DNA of 64,000 bases, taken from Weeksellaceae bacterium (GTDB taxonomy: Bacteria; Bacteroidota; Bacteroidia; Flavobacteriales; Weeksellaceae). The position numbers were made by a program, and so were the translations under genes. The notes beneath the pieces are model-generated. The model was not told the DNA's origin and made no database searches. It saw only the letters and a list, made by a program, of their open reading frames with translations. The stretch lies in assembly GCA_041676545.1 (NCBI GenBank), contig JBAYRQ010000004.1, forward strand, positions 39,886-103,885, given 5' to 3'. Shown here in pieces: positions 29,286 to 38,281 of this stretch. The stretch's first letter is position 1, and every line of letters starts with the position of its first letter.

Positions 29286-29420
29286 GCTGGTAACAATGTG
29301 TATAATTCATAAGGGTTTCAGAGATTTTCGAGCAGTATCTCCCGCATCAAATTTAGGTGGTAACTTGATAAGTTTGAAGCCCGCAATCCCTTACGAAATC
29401 ATACACTAAACGTTATAGCC
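29286..29420. other. attC-like recombination site (135 bp)
   Basis: GCTGGTAAC ... GTTATAGCC ends; arms GTGTATAATTCATAAGGG and CCCTTACGAAATCATACAC pair with an extra base. Confidence 0.75.
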
Positions 29421-29440
29421 AATTGTAAAAAAAGACCATA

Positions 29441-29605
29441 ATGTCAAGAAGCATTCATACAACACATAAAGACGTTAAAGGACTGACAAAAAAGGAACTT
29501 GAAGAACAGTATAACGACCCGAACTCAGACTTAGCTTCATTAGCTAAAAAATCATCAATTAAAAAAGAAGTTTTAAAACAACGGAAAAAGGAAAAATCAG
29601 AGTAA
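29441..29605 (+). CDS. Small basic 54-aa ORF in a two-gene cassette
   Basis: Manual translation: MSRSIHTTHKDVKGLTKKELEEQYNDPNSDLASLAKKSSIKKEVLKQRKKEKSE; ATG 20 nt after the attC-like site, stop 4 nt before the next ATG. Confidence 0.55.
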   Translation: MSRSIHTTHKDVKGLTKKELEEQYNDPNSDLASLAKKSSIKKEVLKQRKKEKSE

Positions 29606-29609
29606 TCAA

Positions 29610-30023
29610 ATGACCACTAGCAGTAATCTTGATTTAGAAACGAAAGTAATTGAACGTTTTGTTATTAAAGCTAAAAGAGACAGGTACTTGACTTTTATTA
29701 AAAATGACAAGACTAGAGAAAAGTTTATCAACGACCTTCATCATATGAACTTTTTAAAAGTGGACCTTTTTGACAAGATTGAAGGAAATGAATTTGATGC
29801 AATTAAAGAGAGAATAAAAAGTTTAGGAGTTTTAAAAGACTGTTATATAATATCTGATTGTTCACGACTTGACAAAAAGAAGCTTGATATTGATACAGCA
29901 CTAAGAGAAACTATCGGAAGCGATTCTGGAACAATTATCGTATTTGGAGACGCTGAAATTATATATTCGGAAGCAGAAGGGTTTAATAATAGATTAATTA
30001 GCAGACCAACAAAATTCAATTAA
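29610..30023 (+). CDS. Cassette: hypothetical protein
   Basis: 137-aa ORF; cassette bounded by GTTATAGCCA (29412) and the complementary TGGCTATAAC (30058). Confidence 0.75.
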   Translation: MTTSSNLDLETKVIERFVIKAKRDRYLTFIKNDKTREKFINDLHHMNFLKVDLFDKIEGNEFDAIKERIKSLGVLKDCYIISDCSRLDKKKLDIDTALRETIGSDSGTIIVFGDAEIIYSEAEGFNNRLISRPTKFN

Positions 30024-30058
30024 ATAAGCAGAAGGACATAAACGATAAGAAAAAAAAT

Positions 30059-30192
30059 GGCTATAACACGAGGCTAAAAACAATGGCGGTTTTGCAGGTA
30101 ATTGGGCCTTCTCGCTTTTTGTTATCTTTATATAAGCTAGCAAGTGAGGTTCTTTTAATCCGCCACAGTTTTTTAGCCCAATCGTTATGGGC
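30059..30192. other. attC-like recombination site (134 bp)
   Basis: GGCTATAAC ... GTTATGGGC ends; arms GGCTAAAAACAATGGCGG and CCGCCACAGTTTTTTAGCC pair with an extra base. Confidence 0.75.
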
Positions 30193-30227
30193 AAGGCTAA
30201 AACGACACAACAGACAGAGACAACGTT

Positions 30228-30803
30228 ATGAATTTTGAAGAAATAAAAGACAAAATATATCCTTGGATTAAGGTCGTTTACGAACCTGACGAAGAAGTTC
30301 CAAATTCGACACGGGAAATTAAACTTAAAGACGAAGAACAACCAATTATGCAAAATTGGCTTGGTAACTTGGCAATTTTTTACGCAGTTGACGAAGGCGA
30401 CCAATTCAGCTTAGTATTAAAAAGAGACTTACCTACAAAAGTTTCAATTGAAGAACTACACGAAATTGCAACAACAAACCTAGACAAAGATGTTGAATTT
30501 ACCTTTAATGAAACAGGTTTTGGTGGACACGGTTTAATTGCGGGCGGAGACCACGAGGCAGGCTCATTGACATTGACAGGAATTTGGGAGTGGTGTGCCG
30601 ACCAAATTCAAGATAATTTAATAGTTGCCGTTCCAGCAAAGGACTTGATAATGATGGTTCCAGAAAATGACAAAGACAAAATAAATTCACTCAAAGACTT
30701 TGTGACGGAAATTTTTAAAGACGGTGAAAGACTTTTAACAAAACAATTATATCGTTTTGACAAATCAAATTACGAATGGACACAATGGGGACAAGTGGAC
30801 TAA
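30228..30803 (+). CDS. Cassette: DUF1444-like protein
   Basis: LAIFYAVDEGDQF, GDHEAGSL and LIVAVPAKDLIMM resemble DUF1444/YtpQ; bounded by GTTATGGGC and GCCCATAAT. Confidence 0.65.
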   Translation: MNFEEIKDKIYPWIKVVYEPDEEVPNSTREIKLKDEEQPIMQNWLGNLAIFYAVDEGDQFSLVLKRDLPTKVSIEELHEIATTNLDKDVEFTFNETGFGGHGLIAGGDHEAGSLTLTGIWEWCADQIQDNLIVAVPAKDLIMMVPENDKDKINSLKDFVTEIFKDGERLLTKQLYRFDKSNYEWTQWGQVD

Positions 30804-30819
30804 AAAGAAGCCCAGCCCA

Positions 30820-30884
30820 TAATAACTAAGTTTTCGTCTTGCCCGAAAGGCTAGAGATGAAAACGCTGTTGAACGGAACCGATT
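30820..30884. repeat. Element B, copy 2
   Basis: TAATAACTAAGTTTTCGTCTTGCCCGAAAGGCTAGAGATGAAAACGCTGTTGAACGGAACCGATT; one mismatch to copy 1. Confidence 0.9.
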
Positions 30885-31040
30885 TGTTACCGTTCCTATG
30901 GAGTTGTCGTTTGATATGTTTTAAATATCAGCAGCACGCAAGCTACAATCAACCTGAACGATTACCAAGCAGGACATTATATTATAACACTTGTTTGTGA
31001 CGGGCAAATTGTAGATTCTAAGAATCTGATTAAAAACTGA
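30885..31040 (+). pseudogene. Remnant T9SS type A C-terminal sorting domain
   Basis: Manual translation: YVLNISSTQATINLNDYQAGHYIITLVCDGQIVDSKNLIKN*; no start codon, in-frame TGA at 30912; abuts element B. Confidence 0.6.
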
Positions 31041-31141
31041 GTTTCAACTACCTGACATTATAATGATTCAGATTATGAAATTATAATATGAATGAAAAAC
31101 AGCTTCAAAAGTTATTAAATAATTAACAAGAAAAATAGTTT

Positions 31142-31360
31142 ATGATTTGGAAATTGAATTTTACTAAGATTTGCTTATTTGCAATACTATTATTGCCAAT
31201 AGGATTTATAATAAATGCGATTTCTTGGACTATATCTTTACCATTTAATTTGAATTCATTTTTTTTAGGATTAGGAATGTCATTAATGATAATTGTAAGT
31301 CCTACATTACTTTTATTATCACTTCTTTTAGGATTTATTAAAACTAATCTAAAAAAATAA
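31142..31360 (+). CDS. Small hypothetical membrane protein (two TM segments)
   Basis: 72-aa hydrophobic ORF on the same strand as the cassettes. Confidence 0.5.
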   Translation: MIWKLNFTKICLFAILLLPIGFIINAISWTISLPFNLNSFFLGLGMSLMIIVSPTLLLLSLLLGFIKTNLKK

Positions 31361-31434
31361 GACTGCAGATAATATTGGTAACTGTCACGCAACATCCATT
31401 TTTCAAAATATAAATATGTAAATCACAAAACTTC

Positions 31435-31470
31435 AACCTCTTTTAAAGCGATTTAAAGGAGGTTTGTTTT
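31435..31470. terminator. Probable terminator between the cassette array and the A2M gene
   Basis: AACCTC-TTTTAAA-gcga-TTTAAAG-GAGGTT hairpin followed by a T-rich tail. Confidence 0.6.
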
Positions 31471-31608
31471 TCAATTATGACACAAAATCCTATAATTCAG
31501 ATTGGTTACAATCCATACTTTGAAGTCATAAAAGAAGCTTTTTACAAAAACAATGTATTTCCCTTGTTTGAGGAAAATCCCTAAGAACCTAACCTAGCTC
31601 ATTTCCAG

Positions 31609-34600
31609 TTAATTAACCCGAATCCTCTTCCCTGGAACCACCGCCTGAATTGAATTATCATACATCGCTTCACAATAGGTTGCAGGTAAATAATAATCTC
31701 CTTTGTACGTCGCATTCAACAAGATTGTCACTGAAATTTGCTGGGCTGCACTTAGATCGAAATACGAATACACTCGATCATCTCTGAAATCTTGGTAATT
31801 CAGTCCTGTGTTTTGGGCTGAAGTCGCTTGGTTATTGAGTCGTTTATTGATGATTTCCCAACCCGATGGGAACATTTGAGTCAAAGTTAATTCTTTGTAA
31901 TTTCCCATCATTCCCGGATTGGTGATGTTTACTACACATTTGAAATCGGTACCTTGTGAGAGTTGAGAAGGATCAATCGCCTCATTATCCATATTGAAAT
32001 ACGTTACTTTTAAACCCAAGTTCTTCTGAATTTCCGGTATGTTTTCTTCCATAGAAACGCCACTTCGAACCAAGTCCACAAATAAAATTCCACCTGAATG
32101 ATTGACTACTGAAAAACTTCCGGAAGCTTCTGGTAAATCAACATTTACAAACGGTTTATTTCCAGAAATTTTGGATGATTTCCCATTGATACGCACTGTT
32201 GCATCGATGTTCGATCCTGCTTTGTTTTTCCCAAGATATTCCGAAATTGCCAAAAGAGAGTAGGAGGTAGTCTGGGTGCTATACCACGAATCGGAATGCA
32301 AATGAGCTGCAATTTTCTTAAGCAGAACGAGTCCTTTATCGCGCTCACCCAAGAGCGTCAATGTTTCCAAAATCATCGCATCATCACGGACAGATGAACC
32401 GTAAGTGTAGGCATTGAATTTGTATTCTTTTACGGTATTGGGAAGGTCTGCGACTAATTTTTTAGCAATACTTCCTTGCCCTGCCAATTGATAGGCTGCA
32501 GCTAGTCTCCAAACCGTAGTTACATTGGTTTTCTTTTCTTTTAAACGATTCATTAATCCCAATTCTGAATTTCCAGAAAGAGCAAGGGTGTACAGTCTAT
32601 AGGCTTGATCCAAGTCGTTGTAATAGTATTTCTCGTTGTAGCCGTTCCAATCTTTCGCAATTTTCTTTTGGTATTTAATTAATCCTTCTTTCAGTCCAGC
32701 CGGTAATTTATAACCGGTTTCTTCTGCTTTCAAAATGAAATGAAGCGCATACGTACTTCCCCATTTATCGGCATCTCCCAATCCCGGCCAATAGGCCAAA
32801 CCTCCACTTGGAGTTTGATAGGATTTGAGTTTTTTCAAAGTTTCTTCAACATTGTATTGTGTACTTTTCTTTTGCGCATCTGTTAATTGAGTCAATTTTT
32901 CCAAATACAATTGCGGAAAAGCGGATGAGGTGATTTGCTCAACACATCCGTGTGGATATTGAATTAAATAACGAAGTCGCGCATCCAAATTCATTGCAGG
33001 AACGGACGAAAGAACCAACTTCGTATCCGTCGTTCCTTTCATACCAAAGGGTTGGTACGTTCCGTCCCAATTTCCACTTCCACTGATTTCCTTGCTATCT
33101 GTAAAAGTCATGGGTGGATTTGGACTTCGAACTTCAATTTCAATTTCTTCCGATGTTTTTTCATTTCCAGAAACCGCACGAATTGTCAAGGTTGCTTTTC
33201 CTAATTTTTCCGGAATTTTCAGTTTAAAAGTAGCCATTTGATCGCCGATTTTGGAGAACGTTAAATTCTGGGAAGAACTTCCATCGATTTGAATTAAATC
33301 ATTGGATTTTATACTGACTTGTGCATTTTTAATCTTCGCATCCATCGCAAAAACATTGACGGGAAGTGTGATTTCATCGCCCGGATTTAAAACCCGTGGC
33401 AAAGAAGTCAAGGTCATCAAAGGTTGCTTCACAAATATATTTTTCTCCGCACTTCCAAACGCAGATTTTTGTCCCGCCACGACCATTACTTTGACCGCGC
33501 CGATGTAGTTCTCCATTTTTAAATTGTGGGATTTCTTTTCTCCTTTTGCAAGTGTAAACGGGCCGAGGAAAGTGACAACCGGTTTGAAACGATTTATTTT
33601 TTCTTTATTGGAATTCGCTAACGCTTGGTCACCTCCAATGGTGAATACACTTTCGATTCGTCCACCGTACGCACCCAAAACATAATTGAAAATATCCCAT
33701 GTATTTACGCCCAACGCTTGTTTTTGGTTGAAATGTTTGAATATATCCGGCGTTTGGAAATTGGTGATTCCCAACAAACCTTCATCCACAACTGCCAAGG
33801 TATATGTCATCGGTCCTCCTGATTTTTCCGAAACTGAAACGGTATACGAACTGTTTGGACGAATGCTTTCCGGCGCGCTGATTTGAGGTTCTAACTTTCG
33901 ATCTGGATTTTCTACCCGAATCGGAATTACACCATACATCCGTATCGGACGGTCGTTGGTGGTTGCGTTGTGTGGTTGAAGTAAACTGATGTTGACATAA
34001 AAATTCGGAGCCATTTCAGGTGTGATTTTCACATCGAATTTGGTATTGCCTTCCGCTGTTTTTATCCACTTTCTTTCAATTACTTTCGTTCCGTTTTCAA
34101 AACTAACCAAAGCACGTCCAGCTACGGAAGAAGGCAAAGTGATTTGTGCGGTTTCTCCAACTTTGTACGCTGTTTTGTCTGCTTTAAAGTTCAGAATCGC
34201 TGCACTTTCTGAATTCCCATCGCTACGACTTCTCCAATCGGGCCAATCAAACCAAATCGTTTTTCCAGTCGCATGTCCACTTACCGGATCATAAATTCGG
34301 ATGAAGTAATTTCCATATTCTTCGTTGGGAACTTGAAGAGTAAAACTTCCTTTTCCATTGGTGGTCATTGCGGTTTTTTCTTCTTGCAAAAACTCATAGT
34401 TTCGATTGACATAATACGCCAAATCATTGTCGTCGGAATTGTACCACCATGAATTTTTCATTCGATAAATCGAAACTTCCAATCGATCTTTGGAAATGGG
34501 ATTTCCTTTGAAATCTACACTTGCAACTTCAATCCGATGTTCTTTTCCGGTTTCCAACATTTCAAAATAATCATTTTTGGACGGGATTTTTAAACCGACA

Positions 34601-37194
34601 TAGGAAGTGTAGGGCGAGAAATCTTTGGTTACGTACGATGTGCTGAAATCTCCACCGGCTTCAAAAACTTTGGTGAAAACACCCAACTTCAACATACCTG
34701 GCGCATCGTAATCCAAATTCATATTCGTCGAAATCGTTGCTTCGCCGTTTGCATTTAAATTACCTTCGAAAAGGGTTAATTCTTGCATTGGGAAACTACG
34801 GGAAGGATCAGAGAAAATATAATTCGGAAACGATTTGAACTTTGTATCTTCGGAAAAAAGATGGCCTGTAACCGTTGCTTTTAGACTTTGTGCTTCGGCA
34901 CCACTCAGCCAATTGGCTTTGATTTTAAACCCACTTGAGGTGGTTGATTTCGTCAAAACATCATTCGGGAAAATCGTATTGATTTTTAAACGATTGGGTT
35001 TGATGGTTTCAATTTTCACGGTTTTGTAAAAAGTGCGTCCACCTAATTTTACTTCTGCCGACCAATTCCCTGTTTTCGCATCGGGTGCCGTTTCCAATTC
35101 AAAGGTATAGAATCCATTTACGGGAGCTGTATTCACTTTTCGTTGCATCAACTGTCCATCCGGACCGTTTAATTCCAAAATCGCAGGTTGTTGATCGGAA
35201 ACATTGAGTACCGATGGATCGCTAACAAAGGTCAAATGGATTTTATCGCCCGGACGCCATACGCCACGTTCACCATATATAAAACCTCCCAAACTGTTGG
35301 CCGAAGATTCTCCTTCCACATCGAAATTTGATAACGAAAGTGAAGAACCATTGTCCACACGAATGTAATTTTTCTGTTTGTTCTTTTCGGCAATTACTAA
35401 AAACGGTTGACGTTTCAAATTGAATTCTGCAAAACCATTTCCATCCGTACTTCCTTCGCCAACCAATTGATTTTGAAGGTCATACGCTTTGATTTTTACA
35501 TTTTCCATTGGGTCCGAACTAACAATGTCTGAAACACTTGCATACGCAATTCGGTTTTTTCCGGTTTTAAATGTAATTCCTAAATTACTTGCTAATATAC
35601 TTTTTGAAACCTTTTTATCCGATGTGTAATAAGAAACGGTACACGGATTATTTCGGTCATTCCAGTTGTAATCTTCTGGATAATAATAATCGTAATAGTC
35701 GTAGGTATACATTTCAGAATCTGCGTCGTAATTATCTCTTTCGGGTTCTACGCGTGCTAAAAATTCCTCTTGATTTTGAACGCCTGAACAGGGATAAACA
35801 GCAAAACGATGTTCAAAAGAAAATTCTACATTGTAAATCGCACCGGGTTGAGGTTCAATGAATTTTGACAATTCCAATTGATACACATTCAGCTCATTGC
35901 TGTTGAAATTATCGGAATTTGAAATCGGAATCACTTTACTTAAAACTTTTTGACCAACGGGACGAAGGTTGTTGGTTTCGTCAAAATGGTTGTACTGAAA
36001 GAATTGATGAATGTTATTTTCGAAAATCTGAGTGATTTCTACCCGAACTGCTTTCAGTCCAACGGCTTGAAAAGGAAGATTGACTTTTCCATCGGAAGAA
36101 GGAATGATACTTCCATTTCCTACGAATTTCACTTGCGGATATAGATTAACAAAATTAAGGGTTTCGGTTTGTTTGGTTTCGATTTTATTTCCGTACGAAC
36201 TACTAATTCCAGGGAAAATATTGAGTGCATATTCTCCACCAATCTTTTTTGAGGTGTACACTTTCAATTCATTTCCGTTGATAATGGTGGATTTGATGTA
36301 ATTTTCCTTTTCGTCGGAATAATAATTATCGTCCGTTTCCTGACTTTTATTTGTTTTTTCTAATTCAATCAATCCATCGACAAATTGGTCGTTTTGAATG
36401 GGTTCTGAAAAGTTGATAGAAATATATTGTTCCGGTGTAGAAATCGCCTTGATTTGGGTTACTTTAAAATCATTGACAGCGGGAATCGCGAATTCATTTT
36501 TTTCATCCTTCTTTGTCGCAATGGCTGAACCTTTCCATTTCAGTACTAAATTTTCTGCTTTGTCTTTGGATGCGATTCCATCAATTGTAAAACGGTGATT
36601 TCGTCTGTTTTGTGAATGTTCCCAAGAAACGGGAAGTTCCTTTCCATTGAACTTTGCCGAAAGCATTTTATTGATTTCAGAAGCATCGGCAACATCGGCA
36701 GTAAATACATTTCCTACGAATTTATAGTTTCCTTGTCCTGCATCCGTATTTTGAATTCCTTCTAAACTTACCGAATAATCTTGTTTTTTTGCTTGAAACT
36801 GAAATTGAAAATCCTGTAATTCTTTGGGAATGGTAGGAACTATGGATTCCAATTCCAAGGTAGCCGTGTAAATTTCTCCTTGTTTTAATTTTTCATCCGG
36901 ACGGAATTCCAAAGTCGTATTGTCCACCAAATAGGTTGTTCCTTTTAACGAAGGTTTAAAATGAAGAACTTGTTTTTTGAGTGATTTATCGTCATTTATT
37001 TCCAAGGGAATATCCGCTTGAATTAGGATTTTAATCGGACTTTCCGTTGAAATCAATCCGGAAGTATACGCAGAAACGTAGGCTGCGTATTCAGGATTTA
37101 CATCCATCAAATGGTAATTGTTTACGTCTTTTTTTGATTTACAACCTAGAATAATTAAGGCTAAAAACGTAAAAAGTAGGATTGATTTTTTCAT
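31609..37194 (-). CDS. Bacterial alpha-2-macroglobulin family lipoprotein (YfhM-like)
   Basis: Lipobox LGC; ERGVWRPGD, LAVVDEGLL and YPHGCVEQ (CxEQ thioester) motifs; YLPATYCEAMYD C-terminus. Confidence 0.93.
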   Translation of the reverse strand: MKKSILLFTFLALIILGCKSKKDVNNYHLMDVNPEYAAYVSAYTSGLISTESPIKILIQADIPLEINDDKSLKKQVLHFKPSLKGTTYLVDNTTLEFRPDEKLKQGEIYTATLELESIVPTIPKELQDFQFQFQAKKQDYSVSLEGIQNTDAGQGNYKFVGNVFTADVADASEINKMLSAKFNGKELPVSWEHSQNRRNHRFTIDGIASKDKAENLVLKWKGSAIATKKDEKNEFAIPAVNDFKVTQIKAISTPEQYISINFSEPIQNDQFVDGLIELEKTNKSQETDDNYYSDEKENYIKSTIINGNELKVYTSKKIGGEYALNIFPGISSSYGNKIETKQTETLNFVNLYPQVKFVGNGSIIPSSDGKVNLPFQAVGLKAVRVEITQIFENNIHQFFQYNHFDETNNLRPVGQKVLSKVIPISNSDNFNSNELNVYQLELSKFIEPQPGAIYNVEFSFEHRFAVYPCSGVQNQEEFLARVEPERDNYDADSEMYTYDYYDYYYPEDYNWNDRNNPCTVSYYTSDKKVSKSILASNLGITFKTGKNRIAYASVSDIVSSDPMENVKIKAYDLQNQLVGEGSTDGNGFAEFNLKRQPFLVIAEKNKQKNYIRVDNGSSLSLSNFDVEGESSANSLGGFIYGERGVWRPGDKIHLTFVSDPSVLNVSDQQPAILELNGPDGQLMQRKVNTAPVNGFYTFELETAPDAKTGNWSAEVKLGGRTFYKTVKIETIKPNRLKINTIFPNDVLTKSTTSSGFKIKANWLSGAEAQSLKATVTGHLFSEDTKFKSFPNYIFSDPSRSFPMQELTLFEGNLNANGEATISTNMNLDYDAPGMLKLGVFTKVFEAGGDFSTSYVTKDFSPYTSYVGLKIPSKNDYFEMLETGKEHRIEVASVDFKGNPISKDRLEVSIYRMKNSWWYNSDDNDLAYYVNRNYEFLQEEKTAMTTNGKGSFTLQVPNEEYGNYFIRIYDPVSGHATGKTIWFDWPDWRSRSDGNSESAAILNFKADKTAYKVGETAQITLPSSVAGRALVSFENGTKVIERKWIKTAEGNTKFDVKITPEMAPNFYVNISLLQPHNATTNDRPIRMYGVIPIRVENPDRKLEPQISAPESIRPNSSYTVSVSEKSGGPMTYTLAVVDEGLLGITNFQTPDIFKHFNQKQALGVNTWDIFNYVLGAYGGRIESVFTIGGDQALANSNKEKINRFKPVVTFLGPFTLAKGEKKSHNLKMENYIGAVKVMVVAGQKSAFGSAEKNIFVKQPLMTLTSLPRVLNPGDEITLPVNVFAMDAKIKNAQVSIKSNDLIQIDGSSSQNLTFSKIGDQMATFKLKIPEKLGKATLTIRAVSGNEKTSEEIEIEVRSPNPPMTFTDSKEISGSGNWDGTYQPFGMKGTTDTKLVLSSVPAMNLDARLRYLIQYPHGCVEQITSSAFPQLYLEKLTQLTDAQKKSTQYNVEETLKKLKSYQTPSGGLAYWPGLGDADKWGSTYALHFILKAEETGYKLPAGLKEGLIKYQKKIAKDWNGYNEKYYYNDLDQAYRLYTLALSGNSELGLMNRLKEKKTNVTTVWRLAAAYQLAGQGSIAKKLVADLPNTVKEYKFNAYTYGSSVRDDAMILETLTLLGERDKGLVLLKKIAAHLHSDSWYSTQTTSYSLLAISEYLGKNKAGSNIDATVRINGKSSKISGNKPFVNVDLPEASGSFSVVNHSGGILFVDLVRSGVSMEENIPEIQKNLGLKVTYFNMDNEAIDPSQLSQGTDFKCVVNITNPGMMGNYKELTLTQMFPSGWEIINKRLNNQATSAQNTGLNYQDFRDDRVYSYFDLSAAQQISVTILLNATYKGDYYLPATYCEAMYDNSIQAVVPGKRIRVN

Positions 37195-37342
37195 TGGTTA
37201 CGAATTAGATAGATATCAAATTTAGGAAATTAATTCAATTGATTTCAAAATAATATAGAAATGGTTCAAAAGTAGAAATAGAGGTTTGATTTTGGGTAAG
37301 TCAATGAGATTGTATTAAATTTATCGATAGAAAAATAAAAAC

Positions 37343-38170
37343 ATGGCTGAATTTAATTTGAACGACTTAAAAGAAATTGCACGAAGTGAAGAAATCATCG
37401 ATTTATTGGTTGACAAAGGGATTATCAAAGAAAAGAAATTCCTCAAACAACTGAAATACGAAAAAGAATTGAATCAACTTCAATTTGAAATGCTTCGTTT
37501 GCAGGAGTTTATATTAAAAAACAACTTGCAACTGGTTGTGATTTACGAAGGGAGAGATGCCGCAGGAAAAGGTGGAGCCATCAACCGTGCGATTGCGAAA
37601 ATGAATCCAAAATTATATGATGTCGTCGCTTTACCGAAACCGACGGAAGTGGAAATGAAGCAGTGGTATTTTCAAAAATACATTCAACATTTGCCTCAAA
37701 GAGGAAAAACGGCATTTTATGATCGGAGTTGGTACAATCGTGCTGTGGTAGAACCGGTTTTTGGATTTTGTACCGAACAACAACATCAGACTTTTATGGA
37801 AAATGTAAATGATTTGGAACATTTGTTAATCAATGATGGAATTGTTTTGATTAAATTCTTTTTAAACATTAGTAAAAAGGAACAAAAAAATAGGTTGGAT
37901 GGACGACGTGCCGATCCCTTGAAGAACTACAAAATTGGTGGATTGGATGAACAAGCGCAAGCTAAATGGGATGACTATACGTTTTATATAAATAAAATGC
38001 TGAATGAAACATCGACCGAAAAATCACCTTGGGTGGAAATAAAAACCGATAAAAAGCGAACAGCTCGTTTGGAAAGCATGAAGTATATTTTAAAACAATT
38101 CGAAGGATTTGAAACCGAAAAGAAATTTAAACCCAAAGAAAATGTGATTCAAATCTGGGATGGAAATTAA
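37343..38170 (+). CDS. ppk2: Polyphosphate kinase 2
   Basis: EGRDAAGKGG Walker A, DRSWYNRAVVE and QWYFQKY motifs. Confidence 0.95.
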   Translation: MAEFNLNDLKEIARSEEIIDLLVDKGIIKEKKFLKQLKYEKELNQLQFEMLRLQEFILKNNLQLVVIYEGRDAAGKGGAINRAIAKMNPKLYDVVALPKPTEVEMKQWYFQKYIQHLPQRGKTAFYDRSWYNRAVVEPVFGFCTEQQHQTFMENVNDLEHLLINDGIVLIKFFLNISKKEQKNRLDGRRADPLKNYKIGGLDEQAQAKWDDYTFYINKMLNETSTEKSPWVEIKTDKKRTARLESMKYILKQFEGFETEKKFKPKENVIQIWDGN

Positions 38171-38281
38171 ATTTCATTCTTTTATTAGAAAATCCTTCCA
38201 ATACATTTAATTAGAAATCCATTGATTTCTTTGTAACATTTCGAGAAAAACTTCTACCAATAGGCTATTAGTATTGGAACA

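Noticed and set aside
29994-30404. 136-aa minus-strand ORF across the second attC-like site
   Set aside because: It spans two plus-strand genes and a palindrome; likely a chance open frame.
26426-30884. CRISPR array interpretation of the repeats
   Set aside because: Units are 65-280 bp and separated by whole genes rather than 30-40-bp spacers; no cas genes are present.
31123-31395. 90-aa antisense ORF over the 72-aa membrane ORF
   Set aside because: The plus-strand ORF has a clear TM pattern and matches the array orientation; the antisense frame has no motif.
31360-31400. Possible decayed inverse core or left arm (CTGCAGATAAT-ATTGGTAAC) after the 72-aa ORF
   Set aside because: No matching right arm or convincing upstream core, so it is not called as a site.
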